From: the human T2T-CHM13v2.0 reference genome, Homo sapiens
Reading direction: 5' to 3' (one strand)
DNA length: 64,000 nucleotides
NCBI RefSeq assembly: GCF_009914755.1
Contig: NC_060943.1
Shown here: positions 18,817 to 33,090 of the stretch, in pieces
Position numbering within the stretch: position 1 is the stretch's first letter
How the letters are laid out: each line of letters opens with the position of its first letter
Position numbers and translations under genes: made by a program
The notes under the pieces: model-generated
Seen by the model: only the letters and a program-made list of their open reading frames with translations
Database searches by the model: none
What the model was told of the DNA's origin: nothing

Positions 18817-19789
18817 TCAGTCACCCTGTTAGATGTGGGCTTATGGAGTGATTCATAAAAATGAAATATGGACTATGTTTTTGATATAGATACTGTAAAA
18901 TGTAATTGGCTACATGAATCCATCAGGCTGGGTTCATCTGTAGTTTAGGTTTACTTTAAATTGCTTAATAATCTTTTTAAAAGTATTCATAAGCCAGAAC
19001 TATGAGACTAGCACCTGCCAGCCCAAACAGTATTATCAGGGAATCCCAGTTTTTTTTTTTTTCCCCCTGAATCGTTTAACAGCCTAAGTAGTAGAGTGTC
19101 TCTTGAAACGTAGCAGTCTGCTATACTTCAGGTGGGGACTTCCACACAATTTAGCAAAGAAAATAATTTTTAAAAATGTTCCTATTGCATACTACTCTGT
19201 GGCATAAATTATTTAAATGCAGTGCTTAGCCAAACTAATGTTACAGATTAGATGATGAACTGATAACGTCATATACAGTAAGTTAAAGACATGCAATGAA
19301 GTCGTTATTTACTTATGGACAACTACCCTTGCAAAACAAAGTCAGGAAAAGTGGGTGATGTTCAAATGAGGCCATTTGAACTGTAGCTTCAAAATAATCC
19401 CCTTTAATTTCATTCTCTGCATCTCTAAATTCTGGAGAAAGAAGGAATGTCTTCATCATCAGAAGGACCAGTCTCCTGTTTATAAAATGATAAAGAAAGT
19501 TGGGCAGCTCCTCCATCATAAGCTTGCTCTTCTGGTTTTTTTTTTTTCCTTTAAATAATTGAACTGTTACAGGAAACATTGTTAAAATCTTAAGGTTAGG
19601 GCATGCTTTCATTTTTTTTTGTCTAAAGATTACTCTGCACCCTAGACAAAGGAAATATTTAAACTGTTAAATTTGAACAAAGATACAGTCTGCATATGAC
19701 TTCTCTGAAGCCCTATAAAAATTCTTTAAAATTGCCTATTCACTCAAATTTACTGAGTGTAGCAAAAATGTCAAAGGCATAAAGTCAGA

Positions 19790-20600
19790 GAAGATTGAAT
19801 AAAATAATGCAGAAAGACAGATTAGTCATGCACAGACCCACACAGCCTTTCAGAGCACACAATACCGCTCTTTATTACCGTTCTATCTTTACAAAGACTA
19901 CGTTCAATACATAGAAGATGATACATGGCCAGCCATGTCATCTGCCTGTGATTCCAGAACTCATCTATCTGGGCCCTTTTCACAATGACATTGATGAGAG
20001 ATCGCAGTGTTTTCAGAGCATTGTTTTATTTATCATATATAATGGCTGGTGAAAGAAATAGGAATTATGTCACCGATAGCACATAAAAGAGTTGCATAGA
20101 AGATTCTGTGACAAAGTTTGGTAAAACCCAGAACAAGGAAGCTCATGGAAATGTTCTTTTCTCTGTCTTCCCCCACTGCTGTGTCTTCTCCCCCTCCGTT
20201 CAAGTCCTCCAAAGATTTGCACGCTGATAACTGTTGAAAAATATCAAGAAAATGTTTCATCAAGCCAAACGTCGGGGACCCTGATCCTTTGTTAAAAAAA
20301 AAAAACTCTTTGGCGATTACATTTTTGTTTAAATGTGGAGCACATTTCAATGACGGTAGAGTTGCCGGCCGTTATTTACGCATCTGCTAAGGGAAAGGAG
20401 ACTATTTGTCAGTCACAGTTTTGTATCTTGCAAATTTAATAAAGAGCCGCCCTTAAGATAGAATTTCTTAGGCTGCCACAATTGACAAAAGCCAGCTAAT
20501 GTTGAAATGTCAACAGCAAACCTCATCAGCAGGCCTCACTGCCGTGCAATCAAGACAGCGCCATAGCTCCATATAAACAAATGTATATAATGTGCCTGTG
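19790..20600. promoter_or_regulatory. Candidate conserved non-coding element / enhancer
   Basis: Repeat-free, with retained CpGs and SOX-like (ACAATG, CTTTGTT, ACAATTGACAAAAG), FOX (TAAACAAA) and TAAT motifs. Confidence 0.5.
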
Positions 20601-20829
20601 TTGGGGGTGGGGGTAGGGAAACTGGGGATTTCAGTGCTGTGGGGACACACAGCACAGGCTTAAAACAGTCCCTTCGACAGCCTTTAAATGTTAAGGAATC
20701 AGTGCTGTGTATATTACCCAGAGAGTCTCAGGGATCGTGGACTCAAATGTGACTGGCAGCTGCCTTACAAAAGGTTATCTTGCCTATGCTCCTTGGGAGG
20801 ACTGTCAATCCCATGCCCATGGGGGAATT

Positions 20830-21020
20830 TCTCTTCCTTCCTTCCTTCCTTTCTTTTCTTTCCTCCTTTCTTTTTCCTTCCTTCCTCCCTCCCTCCTTTC
20901 CTTCCTTCTTTCCTTCTTTCTTCCCTTCCTTCCCTTCCTTCCTTCCTTCCTCCTTTCTTCTTTCCTTCCCTTCCTCCCTCCCTCCTTCCCTCCCTCGATC
21001 CCTCCCTCCCTTACTTTCTT
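20830..21020. repeat. (CCTT/CCCT)n polypyrimidine low-complexity tract
   Basis: Directly visible; expanded tail of the adjacent Alu. Confidence 0.95.
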
Positions 21021-21289
21021 TCTTTTTTGGAGACAGAGTCTCCTTATGTTGTTCAGGCTGGAGCACAGTGGCACGATCACGGCTTACTGCAGCCTCAAAC
21101 TCCTGGGCTCAGGTGATCCTCTGGCCTCAGACTCCTGAGTAGCTGGGACCACAGGTGCACGCCACCACATCAGGCTAACTTTTTTTTTTTAAATCTTTTG
21201 GTAGAAATGGGATCACACTGTGTTGCTGGCCTCAAACTCCTGGGCTTAACCAATTCTCCTGCCTCAGCCTCCCAAAGTGCTGGGATCAT
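21021..21289 (-). mobile_element. AluJ-type element (5' truncated)
   Basis: Reverse-complement Alu with 'cacggcttactgcagcctcaaactcctgggctc'. Confidence 0.85.
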
Positions 21290-23307
21290 GGGGGAAATTT
21301 CTTTAACTTCCTGTGCTTTTGGTGGTGTCCAAGAGAAAGCTAAAGAACAATTTTGGGGAGTTTCATGTTTTGGAGCCATGAACCAGCCATTGCACTGAAC
21401 TTGAAAGTTTTTCCTCAGAACCCTGATCTGGGTGTTCATCCACAGCCATCTCCTGCTTTGCTGAGCTGTTTCCTTGTTTGCAGAAATCAGCACAGAACCA
21501 CGCAGAAGGCAGTGTGGCTGCGGTGCAATGCTGCATTTGGAAGTGAGTAAATGGAAGATGAGACGTGCCTGCCTTCACTGTGGGGGGAGGATGAGTTTCC
21601 CTTGTCCCTGAGGAAGATTGGCTTTGGTCCTGTGTTCTCCATGGAGAGATCTTGCCTTTTCCTATCCCATCACTATTTCCTTTATAGATGGTGGGCTGAA
21701 GACCCAGAAGACCTGCAAGTGAATGGAGGCTCGGATCCAAAAGCTACCCCGAGACCCCAGGGTCTTCACTCCTTTATGGCAGTGTGAGTGGGGCAGACAG
21801 GGAAGCTAAGGACTCCCTGCTTAGGTGGATGGATTCGAGGGATGGAGAGGCTCAGAACTGAGGCCCCTGTGTTTGTGCTGGCCACAGCTCTCCTTTCCTC
21901 CCAGCTCATTGCAACCTCAGAAGGCCTGTCGAGTGCCTGTCAGCCTCCTCCTCCTCCTTTCCTTCCCCCTCCTCCTTTTCTGTTTCCTCTTCCTCCTCTT
22001 TTTCTACTTCTCCTCTTTCTTCTTCTCCTGCTTCTTTTTCATTGTCTTCTTTCAGCTGCTGCTTGACCACCCAAGTCAACTAGGGCAGGACAGCCTCCGC
22101 CCAAGCTCCCAGGGACTCCAAAGCTGGCTGGTGCAACTCTCCCACCCTCCCTGTCCTGCATGGTGAGGAAGGCCCAGCACACTCGCTGTGCACAGCTCAT
22201 TGGGTCCTGGAAGACAGAGGCAAGGGGGCAGACCCAGGGGAAACAAGGCGTTTTTGGAGAGAGCTGTGTGCCATTTATCGTCTGCAGCCAGGACACACGT
22301 TTTGCCTTGGCCATCTTTGAGTCGCTAGGCAGTGCTCAGATGCCCCTAGATGGTCTTCCCTGCCTCAGAGAAGGCTCCTGCAGGCAGATGTCCAAATGTT
22401 TAGCAGAGAGGTGGGGTTGGTGAGAGGCAGCATCCTCATTTGTGGCTTTCCTGCCCCAAGAGGAACCACTGCTTCTTCAGCCTTGGATTCCTAACAATTC
22501 ATTTAAGGGAGGAACACTTATTTATTCTAAAGGTTTACTGAGCCCCGATTATGCAGTAGACGCTGGGGACAGAATAATAAACAAGACAGGTTTGGTCACT
22601 ATCTGCATGGAACCTAAGAGTCTACTGAGAAAAATAGCATAATGCAAAATGGGCCCAGAGGGTAATGGGGTGCGGCGGGGGAGTTGGGAAGTCCTCTGGA
22701 GGAGGCAACAGTTACCCTGACCTGAAGGAGGATAGGAGCAAGCTGTGAGGGGGAGACAGCGGGGACCAAGGCTCAAGGCAGGAACCCCTGGGGAGTGCTT
22801 GGTGAGGCTAGGGTTTAGAGCACAAGGCAGAGAGATAGCGAGACCATGGGAGAACCTCTGGGGCCTTGCTGGCCAAGGGTGGGATTTATTCTCATGCAGT
22901 GGGAAGCCCATGGCGGGTCCTGGGCAGGAAGAACTGGCTCGCATTAAAAGAAAATCACTAGGTCTGCCTTCTTCAGAATTGATTGCAGGAGGCCTGGCAT
23001 AGAAGCAGGGAGACCAGTTATTACAATCACTCGGTGAGAGGATGGTGGGGACAGTGGAGACAGAGGGAAAGCACACATGTCAAATACCATACGGATTCAG
23101 GACTGATGGGCACGGGGGAGCAGGGCGGGCGAGGACCATTGCTAAGCCCTGAGATGGAGGATCCTGTGGAGAGGCTGCAGGGACTCGGTGACACCTGGAT
23201 ACTCAGAAAAGAAAGGGCCCCACGAGACATTCCGCAGCCTCATCCCAACCTGAGGAGAGATCCACAGGGGACTCACACTCCTGTTTCTACCTCACAACTC
23301 ACACCCA

Positions 23308-23436
23308 GGCCTGGCACGGTGGCATGCACCTGTCATCCCAGCGCTTCGGGAGGCTGAGGTGGGAGGGTCGCTTGAGCCCAGGAGTTTGAGACCAGCCTGG
23401 ACAACACAGCAATATCCCATTTCTACAAAAAATTTA
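23308..23436 (+). mobile_element. FLAM/Alu left monomer
   Basis: 'ggcctggcacggtggcatgcacctg..gcttgagcccaggagtttgagaccagcctgg..tctacaaaaaa'. Confidence 0.85.
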
Positions 23437-23437
23437 A

Positions 23438-23824
<387 letters not shown>

Positions 23825-24668
23825 TAAAAATTTTACAGCCCTGTTTTTGGCCCTGCCCCTTCGGAGCTCCCTGGCCTGCTTGGATCTGCTTCCTGGATGA
23901 AGTGGAGCCCAAGTGAGACGTTTCAGCCCGTGGAGTGGGTGTGCTGCGTGGTGATACTCAACACATAGAGGACATTGATGAAACACGGCACCGTGGCCCC
24001 TCTACTGTGTTTGGGAGGCGGTGTGTGTCCGCAGAGTAGGTGGTCACTGGAGTCATGGAGGCCAGGGGTGGGCAGAGGATGGGGAGAGGGAAGCAGGTCC
24101 CTTTGGACTGAAGTGGTCAAAGGACTTCGCTGAGAGGGAGGAGGTGGTGGGCAGGCTGCGGAGGGCAGAGTGGCGGGCTACGAAGCGCGCAGCAGGGTCA
24201 CACGAGTGACGCCCGGGGACAGGTGCAGAGGGGCCGGGCTGGCTGCTTCCGAGGAACAGGGAATGCAGTGGCAGGAAACGCTCGTGGAAGTCACATAGGT
24301 CAGCCCACTGAGGCCACGGGAGGCGAAGCCCCACAGACGGCAGACAGCCCTACTCTAGAATCCAGGCTTCTGATCACTATATTTTTCAAAAATAAGTTGT
24401 ATCAGAGATGGAGAGATGATGTTCCCGGTCTGTTAGTTGCGATGTGACTTACAACAGTGAAAAATTAGGGACAATCCAAGTGTCTGACAGTAAGGAACTC
24501 GTTAAGAATAAATGATTATAAAAATATGTGACCATTAAGGTTTTTTAAGGACTTTAAAAATAACACTGGCTACTGCTCATGATTTATTTAATATTTTGTG
24601 AAAACAGGATATGACTACCCTATTTTGTGAAAAAGACCCAAATGCAAAAATATGTAACTGTACCAGTA

Positions 24669-24835
24669 TGTTTTAGAGTGGATCCTCCAGAGAAGCTGAA
24701 CCAATAGGATGGAGATCTCTTTCTCTATTTATCTATCTAATTAAGTATGTATGTATTATGTATATATGTATCTATCTATCAAATCTACTATCTATGTAAT
24801 CTCCATCTATCATCTATCTAATCTACTATCTATGT

Positions 24836-24882
<47 letters not shown>

Positions 24883-25240
24883 ATCTATTCATCCATCTCG
24901 AGGTTGATTTTAAAGAATTAGCTCATGCAATTGGAACAGCTGGCAAGTTGAAATTTACAGGGCAAGCCGGCAGCCTGGAGACTCAGGGAGGAGTTGATGT
25001 TGCATTTCCAGTCCAAAGGTTGGCTGGAGGTGGAATTCCCTCTTCCTTAATTCTGTTAAGATCTCCAACAACTGGATGAGGCCCATCATATTATGGAGAG
25101 CAATCTGCTTTATTCAAAGTCTAGTGACTTCAGTGTTTATCACTTCTAACAAATACCTTCAAGACAACATGTAGACTGATGTTTGACCAATAACTGCTAC
25201 CATGGCCTACCCTAGTTGACACATGCGATTATCCATTACT
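24669..25240. mobile_element. MLT2-like (ERVL) solo LTR containing a TATC microsatellite
   Basis: 'ctccagagaag..aaccaatagga' and 'ttaaagaattagctcatgcaatt..gctggcaag..gttgacacat' match the recalled MLT2 layout. Confidence 0.7.
24837..24880. repeat. (TATC)11 tetranucleotide STR
   Basis: Perfect repeat, counted directly, within a larger degenerate TCTA region (24720-24900). Confidence 0.95.
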
Positions 25241-26031
25241 GATCAACCCCAGCTTCTACTTTTGCTTTTACTTTGGAGGAGAGGACTAGAAAGAAGACTG
25301 TCAGAATTCATTGGTGGGATTCTCAGGTCACTTATTTACATTTCTGTCTACCTTCCCAACTATCTGATAAACATACTTTAAATAATTTTAGTATATAAAA
25401 TATAAAACATTACAATAATAAAAGTGTTCTCCTTGCCCATCTGAGGAAACTGTCCTTTCAATATCTGCAAAAGGGCCATCCTTGTTTGTATCAATTGCTC
25501 CTCTCCATACCCTAGCCATGGTATCGTTTCTTTTATTATCTCTCAAATTTACCTTTTAAAATTACAGAATCATATCATATGACAGGAAAGATGAAAAAAG
25601 CAAAAATCACCTGCACTCCCACCAAATGATCGGCATTGTAGTTTTATTGCCATTTCGTTTTAGATTCTTTTTCACAGTGTGTATATGTACAAAACACCAT
25701 CCTACTTTTGGAAACTTTTTAAATGTTCCATCGCATGACGGTACCATATGTTTACTCAGCCAATCTCCTATTGTTGGACACTAATGTTCTTTCCAGTTTT
25801 CTGTTATTAGAAACAATTTGGTCCTAAACAGCTTTGTATACAGCTCTTTGCACACATCTCTGGTTATTTTCCTCAGGATTCATTCCTAGAAGAATAATTG
25901 CTGGGCCAATTGTACTTTTGAAAAATTGGACCTGAGTACATAGAATGGCTTTATCACAATACTTGGTTCACATACAGTCTTCCTTGCTCTATGCATGGCC
26001 CATACACAGTATAATTATTTAAATGATACTT

Positions 26032-26321
26032 TCTTTTTGTTTTTGAGACAGAGTCTTGTTCTGTCCCCCAAGCTGGAGTGCATTGGCACAATCATGTCTC
26101 ACTGCAGCCTCGAACCCCTGGGTTCAATCGATCTTCCCCCTTCAGCCTCGCAAGTAGCTGGGATTACAGGTGTGTGCCACTACACCTGGCTAATTTTTGT
26201 TTTTTGGGATTTTTTGTTTTTGTTTTTTGTTTTGGTAGAAATGGTCTCAAACTCCTGTACTCTATCAGTCTGCCTGCTTCAGCCTCTCAAAGTGCTGGGA
26301 TTACAGCCACCATGCCCGGCC
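26032..26321 (-). mobile_element. AluJ-type element (first of a tandem pair)
   Basis: Degenerate Alu dimer flanked by taaatgatactt on both sides. Confidence 0.85.
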
Positions 26322-26333
26322 TAAATGATACTT

Positions 26334-26611
26334 TTTTTTTTTTTTTTGAGAAAGAGTCTTGGTCTGTTGCCCAGGCTGGAGTGCAATGGCGTGATCTCGG
26401 CTCACTGCAGCCTCCACCTCCTGGATTCACCCGATTCTCTTGCCACAGCCTCCACACAGCACCACCACACCGTCTAATTTTTGTATTTTTAGTAGAGATG
26501 GGGTTCCACCATGTTGGCCAGGCTGATCTCAAACTCCTGACCTCAGGTGATCTGCCTGCCTCGGCCTCGCAACGTGCTGGGATTACAGGCATGAACTACC
26601 GTGCCTGGCCC
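26334..26611 (-). mobile_element. AluS-type element with an internal deletion (second of a tandem pair)
   Basis: Alu dimer lacking the 'gagtagctgggattacagg' segment at ~26453. Confidence 0.85.
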
Positions 26612-27437
26612 TAAACAATACTTTTAATAACATAAGCCCACCACCCAAAACACAAACTAAGAACTTGACGATAATCTATGGCTCCCCCCTTCTCTATGTC
26701 CCCACCTCTCTTACCCAAGGTAACCATCTTCTCAATTCTCTGTTCATTCTTTTGCTTTTCTTTTTACATATTTCTCTTGTTTCTACATGGTATTTCCCAA
26801 AGCATGTGTTTTCATTTAGTTGTTTTTAACTTTAAAAGGTACCATCTTGTATATAAATTTTGTGACTTACTTTTGGAATTAATATGATAATGCTGAGACT
26901 CTTTCATATTGTTACATCTCAACATTGTTCACTCAATGTAGTGTTCCACTGGGCGAAAATACAAGCTAGCTATCTTGTATCTTGTAGCTCCTGTTCAAGG
27001 GTGTTTGGGTGTTTCTAGGATCTTGATATCATGAACGGTGCTGGCACAGCATTCCTGCATGTCTCTCCTTTTGCACATGTGCAAGATTTCATCTTGGGTA
27101 TATACACATAGGAGTGGAGTTGCTGTGAATATTCAACTTTAGGAGATAATTTCAAGCTGTTTTTCTAATGTGGTGAGCCTCTCCAACAACGCATAAGAAA
27201 TTCTGTGGATCCATATCCTCTCCAACACTTAGTGTTATTAGACTATTAGTATTTATTAATCAAATAGGTACAAAGTAGTCTCTCATTATGGTCTTGATTG
27301 TATTTCCTTGATCACCATTGATGTTACTCTTCTTTTAATATGGCCATATTTATTTACTCTTCTGTGAAATGCCTATTTATGTCCCTTGCCTATTTTTTCA
27401 TTGTATTGCTTATGTTCTTATTGATATGCAGTCCAAC

Positions 27438-27729
<292 letters not shown>

Positions 27730-28470
27730 TCCCAGTGTATTTTTGATATTAATCCTTGTCAGTTGCATGTGTTGCAAATATCTTGTGACTTGTCTCTACT
27801 TTCTGAGTTGTCTTTTGATAAATATAAAGTTCTTAATTTTAATATAGTCAAATGTGTTAATCTTTTTCTTTATAGTCACTGATGTTTGTTTAAGGAAATC
27901 TATTCTTACCCCGAGGTCTAAATGATATTTAGCTATATTTTCTACTAAGAAGTTTAAAGTTGTGTTTTTAACATTTAAGTCTTTAATCCATCTGGACTAG
28001 ATTTGTCAACATCGTGTGAAGAGAAGATACAATTTCTTCTTTTCCCAGATGGCTAATCATTTTTCAACTTCACTTCTTCAATAGTAAATTTTGTTTGTTT
28101 TTCCCCTACTGATCTGACATATAACTTTTGTCACATACCAAATGCCATAAACCTTAATGTGAGGTTCCCTTTCTAGACTATCTCTCTGATTGATTTCTTT
28201 TTCCCTGCACTAATATGACACTGTCTTAGTTACTATAGGTTCATGCTAAGTCCTAAACAAGGTGAGGAAAGGCTTTCCTCCCTCCTTTTCATCTTCAGAA
28301 GCATCCTGCTTATTCTTGCCTGCTTGCTCCATATCATTTAACAAGTTTCTTTAAAAATCTCTGTTGGGACTTTGAAATAATATTGAATCAATAGATCCGT
28401 CTGGGGAGAATTGATATCTATATAATGTTCAACTTTCCTATCCATGAATATGGTAAATTTTTCCATTTAG

Positions 28471-28884
<414 letters not shown>

Positions 28885-30479
28885 TAGCTCTTCTAGCTGC
28901 TTCTGTTTATTCTCCTTTTCTCTTAGCAGAGTATTGGAATGAGGCTGTTGAGAGCTGGGCTGAAGGAATGTTTTGGGAATGGATGGTCTGGCCCATTTGC
29001 TGTTGCCTGAGCAAGCTGGTGAGGATCTCTGCTCTGGGCTCATTTGGGAGGAGAGCCTCTCCTTTTCTCTGGGGAAGTGTCGTGGGTGCCCTGGGTGAAG
29101 CAGGGAGGAACTGGTGAAGGGAGAAACACCCAGCTAGGAGACACTTTGTAGGGAGGAGGTAGGGGCTCCCAAGATTCATGCTTGAGTACTGGCCCTGCAG
29201 TCTACCAGCTGAAGACTTCAAAAAAAGACTTAACCTCTTTGTCCTCTATTAGCAAAGGCGCTCAAAGGTGAGGTTCACAGGAGGAGATTTCTGCACAGAG
29301 TTTAGAACAATATGAGGGATTTTCTTTTTATTTCCTTACCAGCTGAGATTGGTGAGCCATTCACATTGACAGAATGCTCATGACAAATGAACAACCACAG
29401 AGGCAAAGCCAGGCTAAAAATCGTCACAAAACAGAACAGATGTTCCCACCCTCTGAAGACAGAGTTGTAGTTTCATAGGCCTCAAGATGGAAAGATTCAT
29501 CCGGGGAGCATAAACTAAGGGGACACTGAGCAGTGCCGCTTCTGGGGCTTTGAGAAACTGAGTACTACTTGTTCCCTTCTATGGCAGAATGCTAAGGAGA
29601 GGAGCCGTCATTGCAATGTGAATAGAGGCAACTGGGAATTGCATTAAAGGGACTTCAAGGATCTCCCAGCTTCATTCTGCGGACAGCCAATGTAGAACCC
29701 TGCCTCAGTCCCAATCTATGTAACATTCATCTCTAACCCTTTCTTGGCCTCGTGGTAGCTTTCCTCCAATACTCCAATTGGGGCCTTTGCCATGATGACA
29801 TCAGGATATTTTTTAAGTTCCCCTTGGATTGCATCGAGGCTTCTCTATGTTGCTTGAGAGGGGCTGCCCATCTTGCAAACTTTAAAGCACAGTGAAAACA
29901 ACCTTCCACAAGCTCCCGGAAACTCCCTGATGCCTTTCTCTGAGGTAAAGGTCTTTAGATGGTACCTAGTTTTGTGTTAGAAGCTTTCACACCAAGCAGC
30001 CAAAAAGGCTCCATCCTCACCTGATTTGTGGTCCCCAGAAAGGAGCATGCATTAGGCCGATAAGTCATCATCCAGAGAGGTGATGACAGTCGTCTCCATG
30101 ACCATTGATTAATGAAAACAGGGCTAGTTGGACCCAGAGTAGATGGTTATAAATGGTGCTGTCAGAGAAAAATAATTATTGTATTAATAAGGAAACAGTC
30201 CAAAACCAGGCTCTAAAAAAAGAGAACTGGCAACTTAGCATCTCCATGGATTTCTGAGGCAGACTTGACGGAATAGTGGGGAGGTTGGGGGAAGGTATTC
30301 TAGCTCCCCCACCACCCGCCTCTCCAGAAGGCAGCCCCTCCTTGCCTGTGCACGTGCCCACGTCCACGCGTGGATGCGCGGTGGGTGCGCTCGACCTGAC
30401 CCAGCTCTCCCGGGATGCGGCAGATGAGCCGGGGTTGCGTGGAGGCTTTCGGTACCACTTCCAGCAGGAACGGAGAAAA

Positions 30480-31200
30480 ACGAGCATATCTTATTGTACC
30501 TGAAACACTCTATGATATGTACTAAATATTATGACTACTCGGGGCCTTGCAATAATTGATTCACCCACACAGCCATTTAGTCTGCGAGCTGTTCGTTTTA
30601 CAAATTCTACAATCTTTTAGAAATTCTTTCAGTGCGGAAGATTGCTGCCTGGCCTCAGATTCATTATGGTGATTGAATCCTCTTCAATAGAGAACGGTTT
30701 AAAGAGAGCACAGGCCCCGTGCGTCTCACTCAGAGTTAAGGCGCATAGGTTAAAAGCTTGTCTGGTGGCATAATTCACTGCCGCTATGCCAAACAATCAC
30801 GTCTTATTGTGACCTTCATAAGATACAAAAAGGCAACAGGATAGAGCTTGGCTTTTTTTTAAACCCACTCACAGATTTAGCTTCCCAACATCTGAAGCTT
30901 GGAGAATTCCTAATTAAATAACCAATTAATAATGTAGAATAGAAAAAGCTATTTTTTTTCTGAAATGCAAAATCATAATTAATCAGAGTACAAAAAGCTG
31001 CCTGTCTTTATATCAGAAAAATATAGACTAGGTATTTAAATATTCCACCACACCTGAACCCTGGCCATCCGTCATTGCTATGACTTAAAACATCTCAGAC
31101 TAAATTAGGTTTTGTTTGTATAGAGCAGTGAAAGTCAGATGGCTTGAATGACAAAATTAGAACATGCTCAAATCACTGAGACAAAACCGCATAAAGAGAA
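30480..31200. promoter_or_regulatory. Candidate conserved non-coding element / enhancer
   Basis: Repeat-free and AT-rich with retained CpGs. Clustered TAATTA/TAATTG homeodomain sites (e.g. 'cctaattaaataaccaattaataatg', 'cataattaatc'). Confidence 0.5.
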
Positions 31201-32789
31201 AGATGTGCAGGAAAAGGGCTGCCAGTATGAAGCAGAAATCTTCCACTGATTTTTTTTTTTGAAAAAAAAAAAAAAAAAGCGTTCTTTCCTATTTACCCAA
31301 CCACTTGGTGTAAGTATAAATTTTTGACCCCCAGGCAGACATTCCAGGAAAAGAAAAATTATCCCCACCCCCTTGTCAATTGCCCAAAATAGCATGCACA
31401 GCTCTAAACAAGTACCCTCCCCATCACGTCCCCCACCCCAGTTTCTCCACCCCGGGTTGGCCCTGGCCCTGGTGTCTACACCCTCAGCAGACCCGCCCAC
31501 CGCTCCAGCCCACGCCCAGCCCCCGCCCACTGATACTGTCAGTAACACCAGACACCAGCCGCTAAGGTTCTCCCCCCACCCACCCGGGCACTCCGCACCA
31601 CCTCCAAGCGCATTTATAGTTGGAAAGAAAAGCTCATTTTTATAGGTGGTGCCACCTCCACAATTTATACTTTGCCCATGAAATACCAAAACCAGGGAGT
31701 CAATTTTCCAAGGAAGAAATTTTATAAAAACACTTTTATTGATGGAAGAGATCTGCAGAGACGGTCGCCATCTGCAAGGAAGCGAAGGCTCTTGCAGGTG
31801 CGGGTTGATCCAGGGCTGCCCAAGCGTCCCTCACTCAGGACCACGCGCCCAGGCACTAAGCATGTTATTTCTGTGTCTTCCGAACATGCTAAGCATTTCC
31901 TTACCCTCCGGCTTTTGCTCCTGCCGTTTCTTCCTCGTGGAAGTGAATATTTGAAACCTACCTGGTCTTCCCAAGGTGGCCCAGTTATTACTGTGTGACG
32001 ACTTCTTCCTGGCTTCCCTGGTGAAAAGCTGTTCCGTCCTGCCTGCAGGTCCCTGTGTTACTTTGCTGATCACATTCTCCCTCGTGTCTGTGGGTGTGGA
32101 CTCTACCCATGACTTCCCTGTCACCTGGGGGCCGGTGCCCTGAGCCCAAGCCAGCCCTGCATCGGGGCTGGGCACAGGGTGTACTCAGGCGATGGTGGGG
32201 CCACAGTGCAGGTTTAGAGGGGCCCTCTCTCCACCCACGATGCCACCAGCCTCTGTCCCACCCTACGCCACAAATCTCCTTCAATATATAATTTGCTGTT
32301 ATCATAGCAATAAATAATTTTTGGTGACGTTTTTACTGTTGAGACTTTGTGCGGTGTTTTTTTATTGACAAAACCGCTATGAATCAACATGAACACAATA
32401 AAAACGTGAGAGCTATCTGCATTACGGCTGAGGTTTTGTCAATAGGGCAGTGCATTGATCTCCGTTCCTCTTTGGGGTTATTTGTGGAGCTTCAGCGGGT
32501 GGGTTTAGGAGCTACAGTGCTCAGGAGGTGCAGCCCCGGGCCTGGCGTTTCCTGCCACACTCCCCTGGGCACTGCCTCCCTGAAGATGGCACAGCCACAG
32601 AGAAATCTCAGCCTTGCGGGGCAAAGGGAAGAAGACAGGGAGCTGGGAGAGAGTGTGCTCACCTATCTTCCTTCCTTCCCTCCCTTCCTTCCTTCCTTCC
32701 CTCCCTCTTTCCTCACCTCTCCCTTCCTCCTCCTTTCCTTCCCTCCCTCATCAACCAAAGCAACCAGTCCATTGCCTGGCGCATCAGGA

Positions 32790-33090
32790 GCTGTGTCCTG
32801 GGGGCCTGGGGATCAGCCCTCGCCAGCTCTCAGGGTGCTCCCATCTGGAGGAGGCACAGACCTGCAGACAATGGGTCCTCCTGATGGGCACCGTGTCCCA
32901 GGGGGTATGGGGGTCAGCCCTGGCCAGCTCACAGGGTGCTCCCATCTGGAGGAGGCACAGACCTGCTGACAGTGGCCCCTTCTGATGGGTGCTGTGTCCT
33001 GGGGGAATGGGGATCAGCCCTGGCCAGCTTGCAGGGTGCTCCCATCTGGAGGAGGCACAGACCTGCGGACAGCGGCCCCTCCTGAAGGGG
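32790..33090. repeat. ~100-bp GC-rich tandem repeat, 3 copies
   Basis: Core 'cagggtgctcccatctggaggaggcacagacctgc' recurs, with 'cccatctgga' at 32840, 32941 and 33041. Confidence 0.95.

Noticed and set aside
20688-21142. Cluster of overlapping 90-143-aa ORFs
   Set aside because: Artefacts of the stop-free (CCTT)n tract plus Alu sequence; the same applies to 8840-9215 and the other Alu-derived ORFs.
32790-33090. CRISPR-like repeat-spacer array
   Set aside because: The spacers are homologous to each other, there are no cas genes, and the context is eukaryotic; it is a tandem repeat.
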